NCBI GenBank assembly: GCA_044239085.1
Contig: JBIICC010000001.1
Span: 1 to 62,919 of the forward strand
Direction of reading: 5' to 3'
DNA: 62,919 nucleotides
DNA from: Candidatus Planktophila sp.
GTDB taxonomy: Bacteria > Actinomycetota > Actinomycetes > Nanopelagicales > Nanopelagicaceae
Each line of letters starts with the position of its first letter. Positions within the stretch are counted from its first letter, which is position 1. Below are positions 42,052 through 51,990 of the stretch, piece after piece. Under the pieces are notes generated by a model that saw only the letters and a list, made by a program, of their open reading frames with translations, did not search any database and was not told the origin of the DNA. Made by a program: the position numbers and the translations under genes.

Positions 42052-42920
42052 TACGAAAGAGAAATTCCAGCGAATAGGTCTGACTCGAGGCCATGTGAAT
42101 TTATAGCTGGCCCTTTCTCGCCTTTAACTAGCGTGTAGTACTCGTTGCCCCATATCTCTAAACCTAAATTATTTGAAAGCGCAAAGAATGGACCGTCGAT
42201 AGCAATTTGAGTCCCATGGGCGCGCATCGCTTCCATCTTCTGCTCAACAAAATCTCCACCATCAATAAGCGCATGAACAAAGGAATCATCTTTTGCAAAG
42301 GGAAGATCGTCGGCGCTCTCCGCTCCCATAAAGTCTGAGCCCAGTGCCTTCATCTTGTCGATTCCATCTTGGATGACAGATTTCGGCATTACATTCCAGT
42401 AAATCTTGGGAATATCCCATGTAGCTAACTTTGCTGCCGCCATTGCGACCCGATGGGCTTGAATGTGATCGGGATGTCCATACCCACCAAATTCGTCATA
42501 GGTAATCATCACGTGAGGCTTTACCTCTTCTATGACCTTTATGAGAGAACCAGTGGCGATATCGAAATCTGCTTTCCAGAATGTATCTTCACGGTTATTG
42601 GCATCCGTTCCCATCATTCCACTATCGCGGTACTTACCTTGGCCTTCTGCAAGGAAGCGATGGTCTTTCACTCCAAGTGCAACCATCGCATTGGCAAGTT
42701 CTGTAACTCGATGCTCGCCTAAGCGATCGTCATTGTGGGCGGCAAGGTGTGCGAGGTCTTCAATAAGGACTTCGCCTTCTTCACCGCGAGTACAGGTAAT
42801 GAGAGTTACTGATGCACCGAGTGATGCATACAGCGCCATAGTGCTTCCATTGTTGATGGTCTCGTCATCGGGATGCGCATGCACAAGGAGCATGCGATAA
42901 CCCTTATAGCTATCAAGCAT
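42051..42920 (-). CDS. mshB: GlcNAc-Ins deacetylase (mycothiol biosynthesis)
   Basis: VHAHPDDE, TRGEEGE, YRDSGM, GGYGHPDH, FFALSN, ESDLFAG. Confidence 0.9.
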   Translation of the reverse strand: MLDSYKGYRMLLVHAHPDDETINNGSTMALYASLGASVTLITCTRGEEGEVLIEDLAHLAAHNDDRLGEHRVTELANAMVALGVKDHRFLAEGQGKYRDSGMMGTDANNREDTFWKADFDIATGSLIKVIEEVKPHVMITYDEFGGYGHPDHIQAHRVAMAAAKLATWDIPKIYWNVMPKSVIQDGIDKMKALGSDFMGAESADDLPFAKDDSFVHALIDGGDFVEQKMEAMRAHGTQIAIDGPFFALSNNLGLEIWGNEYYTLVKGEKGPAINSHGLESDLFAGISLS

Positions 42921-44101
42921 TAATAGACCGGCAGTGAAGTATCTATTTGTTTCGCCCAAGCGACAACGCCACCAGATACATGCGATGCATCAGCAAAGCC
43001 TGCGTTCTTGAGGATTGCAAGACACTCCGCAGATCTGACTCCACTCTTGCAGTGAAGAATTATTGGCTTATCTTGTGGAAGCGTCGATAGAACACTGCCA
43101 TCGATAAATCCTTGCTTAGGAATGAGGTGCGAGGTCGGAATCCGAACGATGTCGAACTCGCTTGGTTCACGTACATCGATGAGATAGAAATCTTCATCTC
43201 CATCAATCTTTGACTTGAGTTCTTGCACGGTAATTGTCGAACCGGTGCTCGCTTCTTGCGCTGCATCAGAGAGCACTCCGCAAAATGCTTCGTAATCCGG
43301 AAGCAACGCTGTCTGCTTTGGTTTCTCGCTACAGATTGGGCAATTTGGATCTTTGCGAACCTTGATTTTTCTAAAGGTCATATCCAGTGCGTCATAGACC
43401 ATTAAGGAGCCAATAAGTGGCTCGCCAATTCCGGTGAGAACTTTGATTGCTTCAGTTGTTTGAATAGAGCCAATCGTTGCGCAGAGGACTCCGAGGACTC
43501 CACCTTCGGCGCAACTTGGCACCATTCCGGGAGGTGGTGGTTCTGGGTAAAGGCATCGATAGCAAGGCCCGTACTCAGCCCAAAAAACACTCGCCTGTCC
43601 ATCAAAGCGATAAATCGATCCCCACACATATGGCTTCTTCAGTAAAACGCATGCATCGTTAACTAGGTAACGTGTTGCAAAATTATCTGTGCCGTCGACG
43701 ATGATGTCGTACTGGGCAAAGATTTCCATGACATTTGAATTATCTAAACGCGTCTCATGTGTAATCACATTGACGTGTGGATTAATCTCGGCAATCTTCT
43801 CTTTCGCACTCTGAGCTTTACTCTTACCAATATCTGATTGGCCATGAATAATCTGACGCTGCAAATTGGATTCATCGACAGTGTCGTACTCGACTATGCC
43901 GAGAGTGCCGATGCCGGCCGCTGCCAAATACATCAGTGCTGGAGAACCAAGACCGCCTGCACCAACACAGAGGACTTTTGCATTCATCATGCGCTGCTGA
44001 CCTGCCATCGCGACATCTGGGATGATCAAATGGCGGCTATATCGACGGACTTCATCGACGGTGAGCGCTGGACCCGGAGTAACAAGCGGAGGAGTCTTCA
44101 T
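42920..44101 (-). CDS. moeZ: Adenylyltransferase/sulfurtransferase (ThiF plus rhodanese)
   Basis: RRYSRH, GAGGLG, SNLQRQ, CYRC, rhodanese CKSGVRS. Confidence 0.92.
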   Translation of the reverse strand: MKTPPLVTPGPALTVDEVRRYSRHLIIPDVAMAGQQRMMNAKVLCVGAGGLGSPALMYLAAAGIGTLGIVEYDTVDESNLQRQIIHGQSDIGKSKAQSAKEKIAEINPHVNVITHETRLDNSNVMEIFAQYDIIVDGTDNFATRYLVNDACVLLKKPYVWGSIYRFDGQASVFWAEYGPCYRCLYPEPPPPGMVPSCAEGGVLGVLCATIGSIQTTEAIKVLTGIGEPLIGSLMVYDALDMTFRKIKVRKDPNCPICSEKPKQTALLPDYEAFCGVLSDAAQEASTGSTITVQELKSKIDGDEDFYLIDVREPSEFDIVRIPTSHLIPKQGFIDGSVLSTLPQDKPIILHCKSGVRSAECLAILKNAGFADASHVSGGVVAWAKQIDTSLPVY

Positions 44102-44155
44102 GGTGCAATTCTGCCGTACTGTGCGTTTGCCTGCCAATTCTGTACGATGCGCACA

Positions 44156-44791
44156 ATGACTACAGATACTTCACATGCAAACGGTTCGCGTTCAGATAAA
44201 TCTCGCCTTCCACGTGACGAAAGACGAGCGCTTCTGCTCTCTGCAGCTCTTGAGGTATTTACCGCAGCTGGATATCACTCAGCAGCGATGGATGAAATTG
44301 CAGATAGAGCTAATGTCAGTAAGCCAGTTCTCTATCAGCACTTTCCTTCAAAGTTAGACCTATACCTCGCAGTTCTTGATCTTCATATCGACTCTCTTGT
44401 CTTTGAAATTCAAAAAGCAATCTCATCGACACCTGATAATCAGCAAAGAGTCCACGTGACTATTGATGCTTACTTCAACTTTATTGAGAATGAAGGTGAA
44501 GCCTTTCGCCTCCTCTTTGAAAGCGATATGAGCGTTGAGCCTCAAGTTCGCGAGCGCCTTAATCGCATGACATACGATTGCGCAGCTGCAGTCAGTGGTG
44601 TTATTTCAAATGACACTGGACTTCCACGTGAAGAAGCGATGATGCTTGGTGTTGGTCTCATTGGTTATGTGCAGGTCACAGCGCGACATTGGCTTGAAAG
44701 AGATGGAAAGCTCTCACGTCAGCAAGCAATTGAACTTGTTGAGAACCTCATGTGGCGCGGAATCTCTGGATTTCCCCGTACTGAACTCTGA
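44156..44791 (+). CDS. TetR family regulator
   Basis: RLPRDERR, VSKPVLYQHFPSK, WRGISGFP. Confidence 0.92.
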   Translation: MTTDTSHANGSRSDKSRLPRDERRALLLSAALEVFTAAGYHSAAMDEIADRANVSKPVLYQHFPSKLDLYLAVLDLHIDSLVFEIQKAISSTPDNQQRVHVTIDAYFNFIENEGEAFRLLFESDMSVEPQVRERLNRMTYDCAAAVSGVISNDTGLPREEAMMLGVGLIGYVQVTARHWLERDGKLSRQQAIELVENLMWRGISGFPRTEL

Positions 44792-44806
44792 CTCTAAGAT
44801 AGGGCT

Positions 44807-45058
44807 ATGAGCTCAAAGAAATCAGATAAGGCATCACAGGTTCGCATCTCCATTACTCAGGTAAATAGCGAACTCTCCTTCGAGTGCCCTATGGCTCCAG
44901 AAGAAATCCGAGCGGCAGTTACTGCAGCGCTATCTTCATCATCTCCCCTAATTCTCACCGATGTGCGCGGCCACGAAGTTATCGTTCCAGCTGAGAAAAT
45001 TGGATATGTAGAGATCGGGCAACCAACCGAACGTCGCGTCGGTTTCGGTGCCAACTAA
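44807..45058 (+). CDS. DUF3107 family protein
   Basis: LTD.RG..IVP..IGYVEIG..RRVGF. Confidence 0.88.
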   Translation: MSSKKSDKASQVRISITQVNSELSFECPMAPEEIRAAVTAALSSSSPLILTDVRGHEVIVPAEKIGYVEIGQPTERRVGFGAN

Positions 45059-46384
45059 GTGTCACTTACCTTCGCAGACCTACCTCTTCGCAAAGAGACA
45101 ATCGATGCTCTAACTGAGCACGGTTTCACATCTCCATTTCCTATTCAAGAGATGGTTATGCCAATCGCACTCGCAGATGGGGATGTCATTGGCCAGGCAA
45201 AGACAGGTACTGGAAAGACTTTAGCTTTCGGTATTCCAGTAATTGAGCGAGTAATTGCACCTAACGATCCAGATTGGCCAACACTTGCTAATCAAGGTGA
45301 CCCACAAGTTCTTATTGTTGTTCCCACTCGCGAACTCTGTGTTCAGGTAACAAAAGATATTGAAGAGCTCTCTTTCAATAGAGGAATCCGCACGTTAGCT
45401 GTTTATGGTGGTCGCGCCTTTGAGCCACAAATCGAAGCGCTACAAGGTGGCGTAGAAATTGTGGTTGGAACTCCAGGACGATTGCTTGACCTTTATCGTC
45501 AAGGACAGTTGAAACTTAAGAATGTCTCACGCGTGGTTCTCGATGAAGCAGATGAGATGCTCGACCTTGGCTTCCTGCCTGATGTAGAAAAGATTTTTAC
45601 AAGCACACCTGCACGTCAGCAAACGATGCTCTTCTCGGCAACTATGCCTGGAGATATCATCGCTCTCGCTCGTCGCTTCATGAATCAGCCGGTACATATC
45701 CGTACTCAAGATAATGAGGATGAGGGTGCTGTCGTTTCTCGCATCAAGCAACATGTTATCCGTGCACATGCAATGGATAAGATCGAGATGCTTGCACGAA
45801 TCTTGCAGGCTAATGGCCGCGGACCGACAATTGTCTTCTGCCGCACAAAGAGAACAGCGCAGAAAACTTCAGATGAGTTAATTGAACGTGGATTTAAAGC
45901 GGCAACAATTCATGGAGATTTAGGTCAATCTGCGCGCGAGAAGGCACTTAATGATTTCAAGGCAGGGAAATCAGATGTGCTGATTGCAACTGATGTCGCT
46001 GCACGTGGAATCGATATCGATGGAATTACTCACGTAATCAATTACCAGTGTCCCGAAGATGATAAGACTTACGTGCACCGTATAGGCCGTACAGCTCGCG
46101 CTGGCGCAGATGGCATCGCAGTTACCTTTGTTGATTGGGATGATATGGCTCGCTGGAAGATGATTGATACTGCGCTCAAACTTGGTTTACCTGAGCCAGT
46201 TGAGACCTACTCATCATCAGAGCACCTCTTTGAGATGCTCAATATTCCAGCAGGGTCACAAGGATCTTTGAAGAAGGTTCGTGCTCCGCAAGAGAAGAAA
46301 GCTCCTGCAGAAAAGGCTTCACCTAAAGCATCTGAGCCACGTGCAAAACGTGAGCGCACAAGAACTAAGCGGATCGCCGATTAA
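45059..46384 (+). CDS. DEAD-box RNA helicase
   Basis: Q motif, AKTGTGKT, PTREL, DEAD, SAT, HRIGRTAR. Confidence 0.96.
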   Translation: MSLTFADLPLRKETIDALTEHGFTSPFPIQEMVMPIALADGDVIGQAKTGTGKTLAFGIPVIERVIAPNDPDWPTLANQGDPQVLIVVPTRELCVQVTKDIEELSFNRGIRTLAVYGGRAFEPQIEALQGGVEIVVGTPGRLLDLYRQGQLKLKNVSRVVLDEADEMLDLGFLPDVEKIFTSTPARQQTMLFSATMPGDIIALARRFMNQPVHIRTQDNEDEGAVVSRIKQHVIRAHAMDKIEMLARILQANGRGPTIVFCRTKRTAQKTSDELIERGFKAATIHGDLGQSAREKALNDFKAGKSDVLIATDVAARGIDIDGITHVINYQCPEDDKTYVHRIGRTARAGADGIAVTFVDWDDMARWKMIDTALKLGLPEPVETYSSSEHLFEMLNIPAGSQGSLKKVRAPQEKKAPAEKASPKASEPRAKRERTRTKRIAD

Positions 46385-46992
46385 TTAGCTGCAAAAGCTT
46401 TAATTGCATTTGCCAACATCTGAACAGCGATTGCCGCAAGCAATAAACCTGCAATGCTCGCAAGCAAGGTCACCCCAGCATCCTTAATGACGTTAACAAT
46501 CTTCGTTGATGCCATCAGAACAGTTCCGATAATCAGGTGCACGGCAAGAATTGCAACTGCGAGTCCAATAATCTGAGAAGTTGTATCTGCTTGCTGTACG
46601 TAAATCATTGTCGCAACAATTGCGCCGGGGCCTGCCAGTAAAGGAGTTCCCAGAGGAACCATTCCGATATTTGAACTCTTTTGATCTGCTCCACCCTTTG
46701 ATGTACCCATCAATAATTGCAGTGAGACGTAGAGCAGGAGTAATCCGCCTGCAGCTTGAAGTGCCTCAATAGAAACATGCATGTAATCGAGGATAAATTG
46801 GCCAAAGATTGCAAAGCTAGCGATAACGAAGAGTGAGACTCCCGCCGCCTGCCACGCCAATCTAATGCGTTCTTTCGGTGACTTATCGCCTACAAGCCCT
46901 AGAAAAATCGGCGTCGCACCAGGTGGATCCATAATGACAAAAAGAGTGACAAAAGCTTGAGTTGCAAAGGTGACTGCATCGACTGTATTCAT
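46381..46992 (-). CDS. MarC family membrane protein
   Basis: LFVIMDPPG and PLGTPLLAGPGAI. Confidence 0.92.
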   Translation of the reverse strand: MNTVDAVTFATQAFVTLFVIMDPPGATPIFLGLVGDKSPKERIRLAWQAAGVSLFVIASFAIFGQFILDYMHVSIEALQAAGGLLLLYVSLQLLMGTSKGGADQKSSNIGMVPLGTPLLAGPGAIVATMIYVQQADTTSQIIGLAVAILAVHLIIGTVLMASTKIVNVIKDAGVTLLASIAGLLLAAIAVQMLANAIKAFAAN

Positions 46993-47834
46993 TTACGTAT
47001 AACCCTTCGTGCATCAGCCTGTGCTTCCAGGGCTTCCCATTGTGCCGGATGCGTAGTGTTCTCTGCCATGGAATTAAGTTTTCCTGTGCCGTGATAATCA
47101 CTCGCACCTGTTATCGCAAGATTCAACTCCGTTGCAATTGCAATTAACGCTCGCTGTTCATCGGGACTTTGGTCACGATGGGCAACTTCAATCCCATTGA
47201 GCCCTGCAGCTACCATTCCCGCAAAAGAAGAAGAATCAAGAATTTCTCCTCTACGAGAAGCAAATGGGTGAGCAATGACTGCTACTCCCCCAGCGCGACG
47301 AATCATTGAAATTGCATCCTCAGGAGTCGGCGCAGCATGAGTTACGTAGTATTTCGATTCATTATGGAGAAGATCCACAAAGGCTTCATCACGGCTCTTT
47401 ACTACTCCATTTGCAAGTAGCGCATCAGCGAGATGAGGTCTGCCTAAAGTCGCCCCGGGTGGCGTTGTGCGCTGCACATCTTCGATGGTGATGTTGATGC
47501 CATCTGCTCTCAGAAGTTCAATCATCTTTCGCATTCTGGGAATTCTTGTATCTCGTGAGTCCTCCAGCATTTGCTGCATCTCTTTATGTTCGCCATCAAA
47601 TAAGAGGCCGAGCATATGAACGCTGATTCCATCCGGTGTAAGACATGAAATTTCTGCACCGAGTGCAAGTTCAATCTGCGGTGCCACCGCTGTGATCGCC
47701 TCGGTCCACCCTGCAATGGAGTCATGGTCAGTTAGCCCCAAAGTTGTAACGCCTGAGGAGAGCGCCTTCTTCACGAGAGCGAAGGGGGAATCTGTGCCGT
47801 CGCTACAGGTTGAGTGTGTATGTAGGTCAATCAT
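46989..47834 (-). CDS. PHP-domain phosphoesterase
   Basis: DLHTHS..SDG, TDHD, GRPH, AHP, SDYHG; ATGA-coupled start. Confidence 0.92.
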   Translation of the reverse strand: MIDLHTHSTCSDGTDSPFALVKKALSSGVTTLGLTDHDSIAGWTEAITAVAPQIELALGAEISCLTPDGISVHMLGLLFDGEHKEMQQMLEDSRDTRIPRMRKMIELLRADGINITIEDVQRTTPPGATLGRPHLADALLANGVVKSRDEAFVDLLHNESKYYVTHAAPTPEDAISMIRRAGGVAVIAHPFASRRGEILDSSSFAGMVAAGLNGIEVAHRDQSPDEQRALIAIATELNLAITGASDYHGTGKLNSMAENTTHPAQWEALEAQADARRVIRK

Positions 47835-48715
47835 TGCGTTTCCTTCGTTCTCAGCACCACGAGGATGCAACCTGTCAGGATGAGGATAACACCAGGAATA
47901 ATTGAAAGTGTTGGTTCTTTACCAATTTTGAAGATGAAAGAGAGTAGCGCTGCTACAGGAACTTCAAAGAAGACAATCATCGAAACAACTGCCGGAGATA
48001 CTCGCTTCAGAGTTAGATTAAACATTGTGTGACCCAAAATTTGAGCGCCAAGGATTAATCCGAGGAGAATCCACCACTCCTTTGCATCGAAGTTAATGAT
48101 TTCATATCCTAAAAAGATAGCCATCGGTAGCGCCGTCATCGCACAAACGAAGTAACAGATAGTTGTGTAAGAGGTTGTCTCTAAATGCTGTTGAGCCTTA
48201 GATCCAATCAGCATATATGCCGCTGCAAGTGCGCCCGAAACTAGAGCTGCAATATCGCCAAGGAATGATTTACGGTCTAGTTGAAGATCGATACCTGTAA
48301 CTACAAGAACTCCAGTGAAACTAATGAGCATCCCGAGCCAAGCTTTTTTGGGAATATGTCCACCTGTGAGCTTTACAAAGAAAGCGGCAAAAATTGGTTG
48401 CGTCGCGACTATTGCAGTTCCAGCTGTAACGCTTGTCAGTCTCATGGCAAGAAAGAATCCAACAAAGTGGATTGCAAGAACGACCCCCGCCAAAACAGCC
48501 CATCGCACTCCAGTGCGATTTAATTTATGTCGAAGCGCAAAGGGAAGAGTGACAAGTGATCCCCCAAGATTTCTCCAGAAGATCAGCGTCGGGACCGGCA
48601 TCGCACTAAGTGCAATCAGCGGTCCAGATGAACCGATGCCGAATATTCCGATAATCAGACGGATGAGGTCGGGTCTTGCCGGTAATTGCGTGTGATTGTG
48701 AATGCCCGAACTCAT
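47831..48715 (-). CDS. DMT/EamA family transporter
   Basis: About ten TM segments in two EamA repeats. Confidence 0.88.
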   Translation of the reverse strand: MSSGIHNHTQLPARPDLIRLIIGIFGIGSSGPLIALSAMPVPTLIFWRNLGGSLVTLPFALRHKLNRTGVRWAVLAGVVLAIHFVGFFLAMRLTSVTAGTAIVATQPIFAAFFVKLTGGHIPKKAWLGMLISFTGVLVVTGIDLQLDRKSFLGDIAALVSGALAAAYMLIGSKAQQHLETTSYTTICYFVCAMTALPMAIFLGYEIINFDAKEWWILLGLILGAQILGHTMFNLTLKRVSPAVVSMIVFFEVPVAALLSFIFKIGKEPTLSIIPGVILILTGCILVVLRTKETQ

Positions 48716-48756
48716 ATGGCAAACCTAGTCGATAGAGCACCCGTTACTCTTATCCC

Positions 48757-50085
48757 ATGAGCGGAAATAACTTCAATCGTATATTTCTCGCGCGTCTAGC
48801 CGGAACAGCTGTATTTGACCCAAATGGTGATCCAGTAGGCAAGGTGCGCGATGCTGTCGCGACCCTGCGTTCTAATAATCAATCACCTCGAATTCTGGGG
48901 CTCGTCGTCGAAGTGCCTCTACGTCGACGTGTTTTCGTTCCTATCACTCGAGTAACATCGATTGAATCTGGAGCAGTTGTTATTACGGGTCTTCTCAATA
49001 TGCGTCGTTTCGAGACTCGCACGGGTGAACTAATGGTGCTTGGCGATCTTCTCGATCGAACAATCACGCTAATTGATGGCGACGAACAAGTGCTCGTTGA
49101 AGATATGGCGATGGAAGAAAATCGCACTGGCGATTGGTTGATTACCAAAGTGCACATCATGCGTAAAGGCAGAGGTCTGCGCCGAAAAGGTGCCACCTCA
49201 ACCGTTGCATGGGAGGAAGTAACTGGGTTCGCTCACAATGAATCCAATCAAGGTGTCACAAATCTTCTCTCTACAATTGGAAATCTTCGAGCCGCAGATC
49301 TTGCAACCGTTCTGCAAGACCTTGCGCCGAAGCGACGCGTTGAAGTTGCGCGAGCTCTCGATGACGAACGCCTCGCCGACGTTCTAGAAGAGATGGATGA
49401 ATCCGAGCGAGTCGCCCTTCTTGCAGAACTTGAAGGAGAGCGTGCTGCCGATATTCTCGAAGAGATGGATCCAGATGATGCAGCAGATTTGCTCCGCGAA
49501 ATAGGTGAGGAGCGGGCTCAAGAGCTTATTAATTTGATGGACCCTGAAGATGCAGAAGATGTTCTTCGATTGATGACCTATGAAGATTATTCAGCAGGTG
49601 GAATGATGACGACCGAACCAATCATTATGTCTGCCGATTACACCGTGGCTGATGCACTGGCTGCAGTACGTCAGAGTGAGATTTCTCCAGCGCTTGCCTC
49701 TCAAGTGTTTATCGCTCGCCAACCCCTTGAGACACCAACAGGTCGCTTCATCGGAATGGTTCACTACCAGCGATTACTGCGCGAGCCACCTGCAACGCTC
49801 TTAGGATCAATTGTTGATACCAATACTCAAGGAGTTAATCCCGACGCATCCTTGCACGCGGTTTCGTCATACTTAGCTAGTTATAACTTGCTCTCTTTGC
49901 CAGTAATTGATGCAAATGATCGCTTACTTGGCGCAGTAACTGTCGATGACGTGCTCGATCACTTGTTGCCAGAGAATTGGCGCCATGATCACCGAGATTC
50001 TGCAACTACAACTGCGGCACTTGAGAGCATAGATACGAGTTTTGTTGATTCACTTGACTCAGAAGAAAAATCAAGGGGGGTGTAG
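48757..50085 (+). CDS. PRC-barrel, MgtE N-terminal and CBS domain protein
   Basis: EMDPDDAADLL, AGGMMTTEP, GAVTVDD; no TM domain. Confidence 0.88.
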   Translation: MSGNNFNRIFLARLAGTAVFDPNGDPVGKVRDAVATLRSNNQSPRILGLVVEVPLRRRVFVPITRVTSIESGAVVITGLLNMRRFETRTGELMVLGDLLDRTITLIDGDEQVLVEDMAMEENRTGDWLITKVHIMRKGRGLRRKGATSTVAWEEVTGFAHNESNQGVTNLLSTIGNLRAADLATVLQDLAPKRRVEVARALDDERLADVLEEMDESERVALLAELEGERAADILEEMDPDDAADLLREIGEERAQELINLMDPEDAEDVLRLMTYEDYSAGGMMTTEPIIMSADYTVADALAAVRQSEISPALASQVFIARQPLETPTGRFIGMVHYQRLLREPPATLLGSIVDTNTQGVNPDASLHAVSSYLASYNLLSLPVIDANDRLLGAVTVDDVLDHLLPENWRHDHRDSATTTAALESIDTSFVDSLDSEEKSRGV

Positions 50086-50087
50086 AG

Positions 50088-50582
50088 ATGGCACGTAACT
50101 ACGGTTTAGATACTCCGCGCGAGACACGTCGATCTCTGCGAGCAAATTATGATCCAGAAGCATTTGGTCGCCTCTCTGAAAGTTTCGCTCGTTTTTTAGG
50201 TACAGCTCGCTTCTTGGTTTACATGACAGTCTTTGTTCTGAGCTGGGTCATCTGGAATACCCTGGCACCTTCGAGTGTTCGCTTTGATAATTTTCCATTT
50301 ATTTTCTTGACGCTCATACTGTCACTTCAAGCTTCTTATGCTGCGCCACTGATTTTGCTTGCACAGAACCGTCAGGCAGATAGAGACAGAATCACTCTCA
50401 ATGAGGACCGTGCGCAGAGCGCTCGCAGCATTGCAGATACTGAATATCTCACACGCGAACTTGCAAGCTTACGTATTGCATTGGGTGATGTAGCAACTCG
50501 CGATTACCTTCGTAATGAACTTGGCGATATTGCTAAAGAAATTGTTGAAGAGTTACGCAAGCCCGAGTCGGACGCCAAGTAA
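50088..50582 (+). CDS. DUF1003 membrane protein
   Basis: FDNFPFIFLTLILSLQASYAAPLILLAQNRQ. Confidence 0.92.
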   Translation: MARNYGLDTPRETRRSLRANYDPEAFGRLSESFARFLGTARFLVYMTVFVLSWVIWNTLAPSSVRFDNFPFIFLTLILSLQASYAAPLILLAQNRQADRDRITLNEDRAQSARSIADTEYLTRELASLRIALGDVATRDYLRNELGDIAKEIVEELRKPESDAK

Positions 50583-51671
50583 AGATTTTTCGCGCACAAC
50601 TAATTTAGAGACTACTTCTTGAATTGCCTTAGCACTGGCGCTCTCTGGATTTGCAATCACAACGGGCGCTCCAGAATCTCCACCTTCACGAAGTTCTGGG
50701 CTAAATGGAATTTTGCCAAATAGCGGGACTTCTCCACCGATAAGTTGAGATAAACGCTTCGAAGTCTCTTCCCCACCACCTTCGCCAAAGAGCGATGTGG
50801 GTTCGCCACATTTTCCGCAAGGGTAGGCGGACATGTTTTCAATAACGCCAATAACGCGTTGGTGAATTTGGTGTGCGATTCGCCCTGCTCGTTCTGCAAC
50901 TTCAGCGGCGGCAACTTGTGGTGTTGTAACAACAACAATTTCAGAAGTCGGAACCAATTGACCGAGTGATATTGCAAGATCTCCGGTGCCTGGTGGCAGG
51001 TCGATGTAGAGAAGGTCTAAATCTCCCCAGTAAGCATCTGAGAGAAGTTGTTCTAAAACTCGATGGAGCAGTGGCCCTCGGTAAGCAATCGCATCTTCGC
51101 GTTCAGGTTTAAACATCTCCATTGAGACAGTTTTTACGCCATAAGACTCGAGTGGAATAAACATTTGATCGATAGCAGTTGGCCGCTGACCGATGAGTCC
51201 CATAAGACGTGGAATTGAATGGCCATAGACATCTGCGTCGAGAATTCCAACCCGGAGGCCCTTTTGTGCTGATGCCACTGCTAGGTTTGCAGTCAGTGAT
51301 GACTTTCCGACACCGCCTTTACCCGATGCAACACCGATAACTCGAGTTAGTGAATCTGCTTGCGCAAAGGAGATGAAACTTTCTCGACCATTGCGAAGTA
51401 ACTTCTTAATATTTGCTCGCTGGGCTTCATCCATGATGCCAAATTCAATTTTTACTTTCTGGATTCCAGGAACAGCAAGGACTGCTTTCTCAATATCACT
51501 CGTCAAGCGATCTTTCATGGGACAACCAGAAATAGTAAGGAGTATCTCTAACTCAGCGATTTCACCATTGAGGGTTGCTGATTTGACCATGCCTAGTTCG
51601 GGAAGAGCACGATGGAGCTCGGGATCTTGAACAGTTGCAAGAGCATCATTGAGCAAATCTAGGGTTGTCAC
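50553..51671 (-). CDS. mrp: Mrp/NBP35 Fe-S carrier ATPase
   Basis: V.DPEL, GCP, SGKGGVGKS, DLPPGTGD, ENM..CxxC. Confidence 0.93.
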   Translation of the reverse strand: MTTLDLLNDALATVQDPELHRALPELGMVKSATLNGEIAELEILLTISGCPMKDRLTSDIEKAVLAVPGIQKVKIEFGIMDEAQRANIKKLLRNGRESFISFAQADSLTRVIGVASGKGGVGKSSLTANLAVASAQKGLRVGILDADVYGHSIPRLMGLIGQRPTAIDQMFIPLESYGVKTVSMEMFKPEREDAIAYRGPLLHRVLEQLLSDAYWGDLDLLYIDLPPGTGDLAISLGQLVPTSEIVVVTTPQVAAAEVAERAGRIAHQIHQRVIGVIENMSAYPCGKCGEPTSLFGEGGGEETSKRLSQLIGGEVPLFGKIPFSPELREGGDSGAPVVIANPESASAKAIQEVVSKLVVREKSLLGVRLGLA

Positions 51672-51973
51672 AGTAAATCTGGGTCAATCTTTGCGCGAAC
51701 CTTAATTTCTGAGTCTGCATCGTCCTGATCCATGACGTTAGCAATTTGCTTCTTGATAAAACTCTTCGGATTGAGATCAGATGGCTCTAGATCTTCGAAT
51801 CCAGGGCCAAGATTTTCTTTGAGTTCACTTGTCGCCTTGGTGGCAAAGGTGCGGGCCTTTTTCACAAATCGAGCTGCATCCACAGCAAATGTTGGCAATC
51901 TTTCTGGCCCTATGAGAATCATTGCGAGCACAGCAAGGCCAATTATTTCACCGGGGCCGAAGTCGAAGAACAT
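51668..51973 (-). CDS. tatB: Tat translocase subunit TatB
   Basis: MFFDFGPGE..GPERLP; lies between htrA and mrp. Confidence 0.88.
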   Translation of the reverse strand: MFFDFGPGEIIGLAVLAMILIGPERLPTFAVDAARFVKKARTFATKATSELKENLGPGFEDLEPSDLNPKSFIKKQIANVMDQDDADSEIKVRAKIDPDLL

Positions 51974-51990
51974 ATAGAAAGTCTACCCTG

